Both the position numbers and the translations under genes were made by a program. A stretch of DNA of 45,261 nucleotides from Octopus sinensis (Eukaryota), in assembly GCF_006345805.1 (NCBI RefSeq), contig NW_021834898.1, positions 1 to 45,261 on the forward strand, given 5' to 3'. Below the pieces are notes generated by a model, which was given only the letters and a program-made list of their open reading frames with translations, searched no databases and was not told the origin of the DNA. This document shows, one piece after another, positions 1 through 12,080 of the stretch (position 1 is its first letter; every line of letters starts with the position of its first letter).

Positions 1-515
1 AATAGGTTTCAGACGGAGGTCTACATCAAGTGCCTGGAGATGGTCGTGCTTCCCTGGAGCAATGGGATGGCTGCTGGAAGATCCTATCTCACGCAGCAAG
101 ACTCTGTACCATGCCATACAACCAGCAGAACCCAGCCATGGCTGTCAGACAAATTCTGCGACCACATCACCCCTAAAGTAACGCCATCTAACTCCTCAGA
201 CTGGAACCCCCTTGATTATCATGCATGGTGCGCAGTTGACTGAGAGGTCAGCAAAACCCCTTGTAACATCAAAGATAAACTGAATACAAGGATTATGGCA
301 GTATTCACGAAATTAAACAAGGTGACCGTCGAGAGGAGTTTCAGGAGATTCCGAAGCTGACCGGAAGACGTGGTTGAAGCCAATAGCGAATTTATTGAAT
401 ACATTTACTTTCAAGATATTTTTCTATTGTTTTGGTAAATATACCTGTTAAAATGGGATGTCAGTGTTTTTTCATTTTTGCGTAATTAAGCCGACACTAT
501 ATTTACTGTAACCTG
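1..515 (+). mobile_element. 3' remnant of a Tc1/mariner-superfamily DNA transposon, DD37D (maT-like) family
   Basis: ORF 40..243 has QQDSVPCH and PSNSSDWNPLDY, with 37 residues between the two Asp. The reading continues past a stop as NKTPCNIKDKLNTRIMAVF...RFRS...VVEANSEFIE. The element ends ...CTG followed by TA (516-517). Confidence 0.8.
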
Positions 516-517
516 TA

Positions 518-518
518 C

Positions 519-589
<71 letters not shown>

Positions 590-630
590 TGTGTGTGTGT
601 GTGTGTGTGTTGTGTGTGTGTGTTTTGTGT
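518..630. repeat. (TA)n/(TG)n compound microsatellite
   Basis: Direct reading. Confidence 0.95.
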
Positions 631-639
631 GAGGATGCT

Positions 640-2960
640 CTTGAGTGCTACTGGTAAATCTTCCTATAGATGATACACAAGATAGCAATCCCTCCACACT
701 ATCTATGAAAAACCACATTATCCACATATGGAATGAAAAACGTAAAGCCAGAAACTCTTCTTTCTCGAATACGATTAAAAACAACCACAAGGCAGAAATC
801 TACGAACGCTGGCTAAACTCTACACCAATACTTTTGCCTCGTAAATTCCAAATTCAACGTATTCCAAAGAAGCCGACAATGGATGTGCGGTAGTAGTGAT
901 GAATACAGAATACTACAAATATTTAATACTTTCCATGTTGGAAAATAATATTTACTATGAGAAATTAATACATAACAACCCACAGTAAACGCTGAAAAAC
1001 TTTCCCTCCTTACTCCAAATTCATGGAAATGGTCTCACTAACCTTTAAATAGACTTTTTACCCAATTGTAAATACAGTCCTAGTCTATTCTACGGACTAC
1101 CCCAAAAACATAAAAATCCACACATTTGTGAAGCCTGCAAAGTCTCTACAAGCCTTTGCATTAATGTCCCTCCCCCTACTGACCTCAAACTGAGACCTCT
1201 CATAGGTGGCCCTTCTTGTGAAACCCACCATTTGAGCAACTTCCTCGACATCTTACTCAAAACCTTTTTTAAAAATATGTGAAAAGCCTTATCAGGGATG
1301 ACCTAGACATGCTGAACCACCTCCCGAATACAGTAAAGGAAGGAACGCTGCTGGTATCTTTCGATGTGGTGAATCTGTACACCAATACCCCACACGACTA
1401 TGGTATAGAAGCAATCACAGAAAAATACGCAGAAGAGATCTCAGGATGCATAAACCACAGAGTCATATTGAAAGCACTCAAATTCATCTTGCTGAACAAC
1501 TATTTCATGTTCGATACAACTTACTATCGACAAAAATGTGGAATTGCAATGGAAACCAGAGCTGCTGCAGTGATTGCAAACCTTGTAATGGGTTACCTAG
1601 AACTTAAGTTATACCAATCATCACTAGAAAATTATGGCGCCTCTTTAAATTGCTATTTAAAGGAGAACTGGATGAGGTATTTGGATGATTGCTTCATACT
1701 TTGGAAAAGACAGCATGGTCAAACTCCTTGATTTGAAAGTAATGCTTAACAACAGTTAACAACTCCCTTTCTAAAAATCTTAATTAAAATAGTTGACAAC
1801 CACATAGAAACAGACATATTTTATAAACCCACAGATTCTAAACAATACCTATTGTTTGACACCCCAAACACATAAAAATTAATACACCTTTTAATCTACC
1901 GAAAAGAATCTGTACCATAGTTTCGGATACATATACTCGTGAATAAGACTGCTTGAAATTAGATCAACACTAACTAAAAGACATTAAAAGAGCTAAGGAA
2001 ATAGATATACAAATATTAAGGCAGGTCAACCGATATACTAGACCAGATATAAAAATACTCCCGTAGATTTCCACACATAACCCTAGAAACAACGAAGCCT
2101 TCAATATTATCACCCAAAATCTTCCCATCCTCACAGGAGACAAAACGACGAACGAAATTTAAAGCTCATACAAAATTTAAAAAAGCAAACTACAACCGAA
2201 TTCATTGAAAAACAATTAACCAGCGGAAGACTATATTTACTAACAACAGAGCCAAAAGAGAAAAAATGTGATCGCCTCAACTGTGGAACATGTCCCAACC
2301 TTTTGGAGGATTCAGAAATCCACTTCAAACAAGAGGAAATATTTAAGATCAATTCAAATTTCACCTGACACTCGGAAAATCTAATCTATAGCATGACATG
2401 CTTAGGATGTGGTAACCACTATATTAGACAAACAGGAATATCACTCCGTTGAAGAACAACCATCCATAAGGAACAAATTCACCAACCACAATACAGACAG
2501 AGTTACAGGTTAGTTAACACATAGAAAGGTGTGCTAGGAATCTTAATCCTATTTTCCAAATTTTCCACTTCTATCAATGTTCACAGAACACATCAATGCA
2601 ACAAAGGTTGAATAAATAGGCAATTTTCATCAATAAATATCTTCCCCAACTGAATATAAAGACACAACTTAATACAGAACACTACTATCCCTTCAATTAA
2701 CACCATAAACCACTATACATTCCTTACAAAATTCAGATTCAAATTCTATATCTAACCTTACTGCACAAAATCCAGAACTACTTACCTCCCTTACAAATAA
2801 TCTTTTTATTCAGGCACTATTAGACCTAACACCGTTCATTAGCCGGTGTTCATTCAAAGCAATGAATGGCTTACGATGAAAGCATGGTATGCTTTCTGAC
2901 TCTTTAATCATCTCATAATAATGAATCTTGTGACTCTTATTTCTACCTCAGTCCATCTAA
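640..2960 (+). mobile_element. Decayed Penelope-like element (RT + GIY-YIG endonuclease)
   Basis: Motifs FYGLP..HK, LKLRPLIGGPSCETHHLSNFLDILLK, SFDVVNLYTN, YRQKCGIAM, WMRYLDDCF, a CxxxxCxxC linker (~2267-2290) and NLIYSMTCLGCGNHYIRQTG (~2378-2437). Many stops and frameshifts; boundaries approximate. Confidence 0.85.
1090..2640 (+). pseudogene. Penelope RT/GIY-YIG pseudogene (includes ORF 1279..1731)
   Basis: YLDD catalytic motif plus a GIY-YIG-like motif, interrupted by stops. Confidence 0.8.
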
Positions 2961-3084
2961 AGGTATATATCTGTCATTACCTTTCATAAAAATTTTTTTG
3001 TTTTATTTACAATGTGCATTTTCGTTGATTTTTCATATTTTCCCCTTACATTTCGACGTGTATTTTCTTTTTTCTTCTTGTAAC

Positions 3085-3096
3085 ATATTTCTAATA

Positions 3097-3130
<34 letters not shown>

Positions 3131-3248
3131 ACATATTTCTACTATATATACATATATATATATATAATAATATATATGTATATACATACATGCATACATA
3201 CATACATATACACATACACATATACACACATACATACATACATACATG

Positions 3249-3301
<53 letters not shown>

Positions 3302-3345
3302 TACATATATATATACATACATACACATATATAGAAATGCATACG
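3085..3345. repeat. (TA)n/(TACA)n microsatellite
   Basis: Direct reading. Confidence 0.95.
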
Positions 3346-3968
3346 CTATATATACACTATAAAAATACGGGTGTATATGTTTTCAGATCTGCGAGCCTCT
3401 GAAACATTGCGTCCTCGAGTAAAACGAATTTGCTTTCCGAAATCCGATTCCCAAGGTAAACATCGTCCATAAAATATAATAAATATCATATTCCTCCACG
3501 TGAAATAACCCAACTTTGAGATCTCAACCTCCCACTCAATATCTATCACTACCCATGTATCTCATATTTGCCATACTATTTGATGCTCCCTCTCCCTCTC
3601 TCACTCTGTGTGTGTATTTGAATTAAAAATCAATCATTGCTTTCATTTTATTTAAAATCTCCTACTTCTACTTTATGATACAAATGTTCACACACAAACA
3701 GCTTCGCTTCCAAATCTTGTTTTCTGATTGGGTAAAAATGATAAAACTTCGAACCTCTGATGTGTTTTCTAAACTTGTTCTCGAATAAATCAATAAATTT
3801 CAAAATTTCCACATTATTTTCAAATTTCAAATTCTGTGACAGAAGGCGAAAAGTTCGCTCTCTAATAGCTTATTACTTTCCTTTTCTCATAGTAAACCTT
3901 CCTACACTTTATGAAAGTATATCGCTCACACTAAGTGTGTGTTGTGTTCCGAATGTGTGTCGTGTTCG

Positions 3969-4013
<45 letters not shown>

Positions 4014-4148
4014 TGTGTCTCTGCGTGTGCCATTATGTCTGCGTGCGTGGATGTAAGAATGAGTGCGTATTTTTGTGCGTTATTGTGTGTATACCTATGT
4101 GCATAAGAATTATATGCATATATTTATATATATATATATATATATATA

Positions 4149-4181
4149 CTAGCTGCAGGTGACCCGCTCTATGCGCGGGTA
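4149..4181 (-). mobile_element. Helitron-type 3' terminus (hairpin + CTAG followed by T)
   Basis: Minus strand reads ACCCGC-GCATAGA-GCGGGT-CACCTGCAG-CTAG|T, the same layout as the termini at 30065 and 36613. Confidence 0.55.
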
Positions 4182-4214
4182 AGAGTGTGGTTGTTACATT
4201 CTGTTGCTTCCTTT

Positions 4215-4526
4215 CAGCACGTAAAAAGCACCATCCGAACGTGGCCGATTGCAGAACCGCCTTGACTTGCTTCTCTGCCGGTGGCACGTAAAAAGCACCA
4301 ACCGATCGTTGCCGCTGCGAGCCCCCCTGGCACCTGTGCCGGTGGCACGAAAAAAGCACCCACTACACTCACAGAGTGGTTGGCGTTAGGAAGGTCATCC
4401 ACCTGTAGAAACACTGCCAGATTAGACTGGATCCATGTGCAGCCTCCTGGCGTCCCAGACCCCGGTCACACTGTCCCACCCGTGCTAGCACGGAAAACGG
4501 ACGTTAAACGATGATGATGATGATGA
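4215..4526 (+). mobile_element. SINE or LINE-3'-derived repeat with internal GCACG(T/A)AAAAAGCACC repeats and a (GAT)n tail
   Basis: Three GCACG(T/A)AAAAAGCACC units, then GAGTGGTTGGCGTTAGGAAGG and the end GGACGTTAAACGATGATGATG. Family assignment is from memory only. Confidence 0.5.
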
Positions 4527-5289
4527 TTCTCCGTATTTGTTTCTCTCTCCTTTCTCTCTCACTTTCCCACTCTCTTACTTTTCTTTTCTCTCGGACTCTC
4601 CCTCGCTTTCTCTTACTCTCTATCTTTATCTATCTCTCTCCCATTTATAAACAACGAAAGATCTTGAGTAAGTTTAGAAATAAAATATTTAGAAAATCAA
4701 TCAGAAATATGAGGCAGTGGCAATGGAAAGGTCTGCTTGAAGGCAGACAGCAAAACGCTAACATTTAAAAGGGACAGACGAACTTGCAAGCTGAATAAAA
4801 ATAATAAAATATTGGAAAGCAAAGTTTGAAGGGATAGAATGTGAGGATAGTAGAGTCACCATGAATGGCATTTCTAAAACGACGGATGTATAAGAAAATT
4901 CGTAAACACCAAGTTTTGAAGTGATTCTTTCTCACGACAGTAGACTCAGCATGGCAAGCATTCAAAACTTCTTTATCATGGACGGCAACACATTGACGAT
5001 TAAAAGGCTGGCGCAATTTTTTTAGCTTGATGTAACAGAGAATTCCTAAACACCCGCTCCTTGAAATTTTAATCCCCTTCCAGCCCCATTTAGACCCCTT
5101 TTCACATTTTGGTTCATATTACCCGATTTCATTCGGTTTTACTGGGGCCACATTTTATAAGATGAGGAATTTTGTCCTAGAGGTGACGCCTTTCATTTGA
5201 GGAAAAAATAGTTGTCATGCAAAATTGCCAGCAATTTTAACATAGGTGTGCATATTTTCAGCTGAATCGACCGAATACGTAATGCATAC

Positions 5290-5316
5290 ATTATATATAT
5301 ATATGTGTATATATAT

Positions 5317-5405
<89 letters not shown>

Positions 5406-5410
5406 GTTAG
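5290..5410. repeat. (TA)n/(GATA)n microsatellite
   Basis: Direct reading. Confidence 0.95.
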
Positions 5411-5419
5411 ATATGAATA

Positions 5420-5759
5420 CAGTGTACATTTAAACACATAAGATGTATCCGTCATAGGATTTGCTGCACGCCAGAAGGAACAGCTACAATCCAAACCGCA
5501 ATTAGGGATAATCATCGAAGGGAATGAAAATTATAAAACACTTAACTCTATCTCCTAGACAACGGATTCAGATATTTTTGTAGCAAATAAAATTATTTGC
5601 TAGGCGAAGTCCTCATCAGCAGGTTCGCCTAGATTAAAACATATAAGCATGAGGCAATCCAACAACGCCTCTTATGTGATACCTCTTATGTGTTTAGATA
5701 TGTTTAAATGTGTTTAAACACATAAGACGAATACGTCTTTTGTGTTTAAATGTACGCTG
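5420..5759. mobile_element. MITE with 24-bp terminal inverted repeats (Tc1/mariner-like)
   Basis: CAGTGTACATTTAAACACATAAGA (5420-5443) matches the reverse complement of TCTTTTGTGTTTAAATGTACGCTG (5736-5759) at 22/24. TA on the left, CA on the right. Confidence 0.7.
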
Positions 5760-5869
5760 CATTTATATGATTAATATATATGCTATTGACAATTTTTTTA
5801 CACGTTAGGCGACTGGTAGTAAAAATTCTAAGCCTTTTATTACCTAGTTATTGTTAATTATTGATAGAT

Positions 5870-6985
5870 AGGGACGGCTTAGTTGCTTGAGAGCAACGCG
5901 AAACTCACGGTGCCATTCGTTCTTTCTCGGCCCTTTTTGATCCACGACTGCAGTTCGGTCATGGAGACGAGTTGCGGGAAAGCGTGCCTCACAAACGTCG
6001 ACCACACCTGTTCACCGTCGTCTACGTAGAGCCTGAGATATCGTAATCTCAGAGCGTATCTGCGCATCATCAACCACGGCATGCCCAGTCCTTATTTTAA
6101 CGGGTGTTGACAGCAACTGTATCGCTTTCCATCGGGACGCATCCATTCCACAAGAAACGAAAGAGTATGCGGGACAAGGTACGACGGACTAGCGGTAGTA
6201 GATGACGTACGTGATGTACGAGGTCGCCACCTCCGCCCGACCTTTTAGGGACAGTTTCCTCTCGGCCCATTGCCGGGCGACAGTGACCACCCTACTCAAT
6301 ATCTCGTTCCATTTCTTCTCCACTGGAGGTCCGCACCAAACCAGACCCTGAGAAACTCGACCGGACCGTCGGTCCAGCGTCCCACGACGGAGGTGCTGGT
6401 GGACTGCATGGGCTTGCTTCTCCAGGTGCCGAATCGCAAGCCCACTGATTTTTCCCGGTTGATTTACGCTCCTGTCACCGCTACGTAGTCTTTCAGTGTC
6501 TCGCCGACATGCTCGACATGCTCGTGGCTAGACACTATGACGGTGTCGTCGTCCGCGTATGCCGACACGCTCGTCACGAATCCCAATTCTCGTGGGATGA
6601 CCCTCATAGCTGGCAGCTTCCGTAATAATGGCTCGAGAGTCAATGCCTACGGAAGCGACGAGATGGGGCATCCCTGACGGCCATAACGTACAATGTCTAA
6701 AGGTCTCTATAGAAGTCCATTTACGCGAATTACCGTACGGATGCCTGAGTACAAAGCGGCTATCCAGCCGCGGAAGACAGGAGCGAAACCAGCCGCTCTG
6801 AGGACAGCCTCCAATATCGATGGTCTACCCTATCGAAAGCTTTCGATTGATCCAAATTGATCTGCGCCCCACCCGTGCCAGATTCCTTAACTACCCTGTC
6901 TATGATGTAGCGCATCAGGTGACGGTCGTCATAGATGCTCCGGAAGAGTAGTAGGACTGTGGGTTATGCGGGATATTTTTTGCTT
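5870..6985 (-). mobile_element. Tx1/L1-clade non-LTR retrotransposon RT fragment
   Basis: Minus-strand motifs NLDQSKAFDRVDHRY, RQGCP, LEPLLRKL, SAYADD (YADD 6548-6559), KLSLKG and MPWLMMRRYALRLR. Homologous to the element at 12081-15530. Confidence 0.85.
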
Positions 6986-6989
6986 TATC

Positions 6990-8080
6990 TGGAGGACGGG
7001 TGTATTCTTGGTTCCGAGTTTAGTTGAGGGAGGCTTGTTCCACATAGGGGTATATTCGATCGAATTCTTATGACCGTCACGCTATTATAATATTCAGCGT
7101 ATTGTTCGAATATTTCCTTACTGGCGGACAGTGATGAAATCCGTTTTGATACGATATCTACGATAGAGTTTAGGACAACTGGCGTTGTGGATGGAGGAAA
7201 AGTTGACGTAGTGGAGGTTCCCCTTAAGTTAATGGCATGGGTTGAAAATTTGACTTTGTAGATCTAGGGTGACATCTAGGAAATTAGAAGTTTTAAGGCT
7301 GCTACAAAAAGTGATGCAGAGGCCCACCGTTTTAAAAAGATATCTTAGTCTTTTTCTAATCTGTTCGATTCCGCGTTTGCGAGAATCCCGAATGTCTCTA
7401 TTGGCCTAGAATTACTCAGTTTTATCAAATGTCGACGGGCGGCCAAGATGATATCAATATCGTCACAAGAGAGGTAAGATCGTATCATTGCAAAAATGAC
7501 GACTTTGTTGAGAAGGATAGGGGATACACTAGAGTAATTTGGTCTATGTCGATCTGGATGAATTGAAAAGTATGTTTAGGGCTTTAGGAATTAAACGACT
7601 GGACGGCTTGAGTAATTTCAGTCCATGGGTGTAGTTGGGGGTATAACCCTGTCTGACGAAATCTTGCTAATCTTACCTATATCTGAACTGAAGGGGCAAA
7701 TGAGGTGAACGGAAGGGTTCTCAGCAAATTTTATTTTATGGTCTTCTACGTTAATATGAAGTGAGCGAGTTAAGGAACGTCTGGTCCTATCTTCTAATGC
7801 GCCTTTAAAAACGAGATCACGATTCTTGATGTAAATGTCTTTTAGAACGGAGACTGGTACAATACGGTATCATTTATGTAGTTATTTGTGTATTAGCTCT
7901 GGGTGTTTATCTAGAGGAGCATTATAAAGGTGGCCGGGTTTGACGGCTAGGAAGAGAATTTCAGAGTATTTTTGAAGACTCTTGAGGATATTATTGATTT
8001 TAGTTAGGTGGGGTTTGATTGTTATTTTTCTAGGTTTAAATTTGATGTTCAAGATGTTGCTCGAAATTGTCTAGGTCACG
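6990..8080 (-). mobile_element. Penelope-like RT fragment
   Basis: Minus-strand motifs HINVEDHK..ENPSVHLICP..SDIGKISK, FQFIQIDID and NFLDVTLDL. Heavily decayed. Confidence 0.65.
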
Positions 8081-8099
8081 CTTAGGAGGTGCCTTGTTT

Positions 8100-8232
8100 A
8101 CCAACCACATGGTTCCGGGTTCAGTCCCACTGCGTGGCACCTTGGGCAAGTGTCTTCTACTATAGCTCGGGCCGACCAAAGCCTTGTGAGTGGATTTGGT
8201 AGACGGAAACTGAAAGAAGCCCGTCGTATATA
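8100..8232 (+). mobile_element. tRNA-derived SINE, 5'-truncated, with (TA)n tail
   Basis: B-box-like GGTTCAGTCCC, CCTTGGGCAAGT core, and GAAAGAAGCCCGTCGTATATAT end. Related copies at 27985 and 36712. Confidence 0.7.
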
Positions 8233-8260
8233 TGTATATATATATGTATATATATATATG

Positions 8261-8320
<60 letters not shown>

Positions 8321-9639
8321 TGTGTGTTTGTTTGTTTGTGTTTGTCCCCCTAGCATTTCTTGACAACCGATACTTGTGTCTTTACGTCCCCTCACTGAAA
8401 CTAGATAAAATAAAATAAAATAAATAAATAAATATACATACCAAACTAGTTTCAACAATATTTTTTGTTTATGAATGGTAAAAATTTAAAATTATGAATT
8501 AGAAAAACATTGTTTTTATGTTTATAAGTTTCGGTAAAATGAAGTATGATTTTAAATGTTCATAAGTTTCAATAATATATAAAAAATGTGGATCATTTTG
8601 CTGAAATGTACAACATTCAATAGTGTTAGTAGTGATCGATAAGAAATGTGTAGTATCAAAGTTTCGGCCATACTGAGTTAAGAGGGAGAAAAACAAGGGA
8701 GAAATGAAGATAGTGAAAAAAGGGTTTTTGTTTACAGATTCTGTGATTCTCTTACCGACATGTGCAAGATCTTTTGCTTGTGAAGGCGTTTTTCAGAATC
8801 CGGTGTATTTACGATTTTTTCCGTGAAGGATCTGATATTTGTTGATGTCTTATTTTTCTGGTGGTCAAGATTTTCATTCTGCCTGGTTGGCTTACCTGTG
8901 GGGAACGGTCATCAGCCATTCCAGTTGCTTGATTCTCTTAAAAGGGTAATTTTGTTGTATTTGCTGAAGTTCGATTTTGATTGTAAGTCAAATTTCATTG
9001 TTCTGGAGTTAGGTGACGTCAGCAACTGGTATGTGTATGGTGATATTGTGTGGCGATTCGGATTTGCGATTTCGAAACCCGCGTGGAAAACTGTTACTAA
9101 AGCGTTTTGAATATCTGTTGTATCTCGTTTGTTTTTTCTTTGTGGAGAAATTGTGTCTCTTTCATTTTTCGCTTTCGTGTTTAAACAGAGGTGAATAAGA
9201 GGGAATGAATTAAACGATATTCTTTATTCCATAATACTACAATTGTTACTACATGATTTCACAACCATTGTACATGGTTCAGATGATGTAATTAATAAAT
9301 TTTGTAATGCTTACCATCTATCAGAGGTGTAAAATATGCTTTTCAGGTGAGTATTTCAATAAGTCCTACGTTCCACCTTTAAGGAATTGTAGTGATGACA
9401 CACGATGTAAATTATATAATCTCATCAAGAACTACGGATGTGATGTGTAGACACAATTGCATTGATATAGAATAAAGAAAGTCGCTGAAACCATTCTCTT
9501 ATTCTTCATTAGGTATATATGTATATATGCAAGTATGTATGTATGTATGTACCAATCCTCTCTTTTTACTTGTGTTGTGTGGACGCCCCCAGACGATGAA
9601 GTAGGCTAGCTCAATACGTAGATATAGAGGGAGAAGTCT

Positions 9640-11220
9640 AGACGTCGAAGTAGAGTCGAGTTGAGTAGAGAAGTTTGTAGTTGATAGGTGTTGTTTTTGA
9701 GGTCGAGTTGTTGAAGTTGAGTTGTATTTGTGAGTGGAACGTGAATTTATTGTTGATTGTTGCTGTTGTTGATACCGTTGTTAATATCGTTAAAGTTTTG
9801 TTGAGTTGATATTTCCCATTGAGGAAAATGGAGAAGGCGCCAGCGGGGGCTACTGGAGGAGAAGCGGGGAGAGAAGCATTGGAGACTTTTAAAGTAGAGG
9901 TCGAGGCCAGGAGGATGAAGGCTGGCGAGAGGCTGATGAGTGGGGAAGATAAAATTGACACCACCCGAGGAGCTGGTGAACAGCGTTATGAGGAAGACAG
10001 TGACATACAGGACTGTGAGGGTCGCTACAGGAAGGATCGAGATAGCAACTGTGGAGGGGATCGAGAGGATGTTGGAAGGCATGAAAGGATGATAACCTTC
10101 GGAACAGGATGCAGGGAGTATGCAACTGTGGATGTGCGTTTCACATCAGAGGAGGAAGCGATGAGGCATGCTACGGAGGTGGACCGCTCAGAAGAATGGA
10201 TTCTTCTGGCATCCTGTTGCGACGGACGTGTGGTGAGGGTTTGGGTGAGCCAGGTGCCCCCTGAGCTGAAGGAGGCATGGCTGATGACGGCCATTGTGTA
10301 CAACATGGAGGACGAGGCTGGAATATTGAGGGCCACCAGAGCAAACAAATTGCTGGGGCTGTGGGTTGGAGCTAACAATTCAGGCTAAAGTGGAGGACAT
10401 GAACGGAATGGCAGAGGAGATAGTGTTACAATGAGAGGGAAGGTGGAAGGCAGGCCGCTTGCGTGTTTCGAGTATTGCGAGGGGGGACACATGAAGGCGA
10501 GATGCCCACGGAGGGAGCAGAGAGAGACTGAAGAGGGTGTCGAGCAGGCATTGACTGTAGAGAATAATGAGAAAACAGCGGAAGAAGAATTCACGCTAGT
10601 GGAAAGAAAAAGGTGGAGCGGTGGGGTAAGCCCGCCACCGACTAACTAGATAAAAAGAAAGAAGAGTGGGAAAGAAAGGGATAACGAGAAAGAAAGATGA
10701 TAAAAGTGAGGCGGGAAAGGAAAGTGAAAAAATAATTAAGAAGGTGTGTGACAATGTGTCAGAGAAGGAGGAAGCAAGTATGAAGATGACAGGTGAATTG
10801 AAGGAAGATTCAGGAACTCAACTTCAAGAGAAACTGAAGACGGAGAAAGAGAAGGTCTCAGATTCAGGGAAGAGTATAAAGGAACCTATAATATGAAAAG
10901 TAGTAAAACAAGAAAGGAGAAGACCGAAAGGGGGTAAGAACAAATGGAATTTTGTGACGTATGCTAAGAACAAGGAAGTGGAGAAACAAATCGTAAAGTT
11001 CATAAGGGTAAAGTTGTCTAATGACGTGCACCAAGAGAGTGTGAAGGTCATTGTGGTCATAGGGAAACCTATAAGAAACTTAGAGATAGCGTGGGGATTG
11101 AATTGACCCGGCCAGAGCGTTGGTGACGTTCAACGTGCTGCCCCGAGTAATTGATCTGTTAGAACTGGAGCCGTATATGTGACGTTAAAGGTGAAAAAAA
11201 GGAAAAAAAGAAAGGAAAAC
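9640..11220 (+). mobile_element. LINE ORF1-like unit with a degenerate zinc knuckle and A-rich 3' end, no ORF2
   Basis: ORFs 9819..10388, 10431..10649 (CFEYCEGGHMKARC, 10464-10505) and 10666..10896, with an A-rich tail at ~11194-11219. Confidence 0.5.
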
Positions 11221-11278
11221 GTTTCATATTTGTGTTTTATTTCGCAAGTCGACTTTTCCGAAGGAAATGAAGTTATAA

Positions 11279-11491
11279 CTCAGGTAGTATAAGTTACTTT
11301 TATTAAACGTAACTCGGCCGGGAACTTTATGATACCACTTCGTATATATACGACATGTTTCTAAGTTACCCTGTACCCAATTAACTAACATACACGGGTT
11401 TGTTCGGTTGGAGACCAGAGTATATGCAGAGGGACAGAATACAGAAACAAAATTCTTATCACACAGCCATACCAACGTCGAAGCGTATACT

Positions 11492-11523
<32 letters not shown>

Positions 11524-11730
11524 TGACGGAAATGGAAAATGGATTTTACGAGATTGGTTCATCATTACAGCCGTTTCAGCCCGTCTTCAATCGGCCACTC
11601 ACGGATGAGATAATGGTCGATTGGCCACAGTGCATCTTTCTTTGCAGATGTTTCTCGTCAGTTGACGTTTCAAAAAGCACCTCGCTCAATAAACTCGTTT
11701 TCACTCGGTTCGATTATAATGTATTTCGTT
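11279..11730 (+). repeat. Dispersed duplicated block, copy 1 (paralog at 40212-40712)
   Basis: Colinear with 40212-40712: mariner-like end, deleted minus-strand SINE, (CA)n, ~200 bp unique sequence, then a trinucleotide tract. Confidence 0.85.
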
Positions 11731-12080
11731 ATGTTAAGAACAACAACAATAACAACAACAACACAACAAGGAGAAAATGGCCGAGATGATGTTGATGATG
11801 ATGATGAGGGGGAGGAGGATGGCGATGTTGACGGTAAATGTTGTAATAAGGACGGTGAGGAGGATTCGGGGGATAACGATGATGATGATTATCGAGAACG
11901 ACGAGAAAGGCTTCGATGAATTGGTGATGACGACGTTGATTATTGCGATGATTTCTTTATTACCCACCAGGGGGCGACATAGAACAAACAACACAATCAC
12001 GAATGATTTACAACAATAAATGCGTTTTGGGGTCAATGGTGAATTTAGAGTTCGAATGATGGGACAATTACAAGAACAAA

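Noticed and set aside
2870-2900. GATGA-A-AGCAT-GGT-ATGCT at the 3' end of the Penelope element
   Set aside because: Position is suggestive, but both core halves are broken.
2984-3402. ORFs rich in YI/IY/HT/CV repeats here and at 503, 8150, 15694, 21782-22804, 23341, 26269, 36756 and 39206
   Set aside because: Translations of (TA)n, (CA)n and (TACA)n microsatellites, which lack stop codons.
5613-5619. CTGATGA on the minus strand inside the MITE
   Set aside because: No GAAA after a stem II and no stem I/III, so not a hammerhead.
9320-9360. TTTTCAG-GTGAGT splice-like signal
   Set aside because: An isolated donor with no supportable exon or frame.
11662-12036. Acidic or Met-rich ORFs
   Set aside because: Degenerate (GAT)/(AAC) trinucleotide tract with no domain signal.
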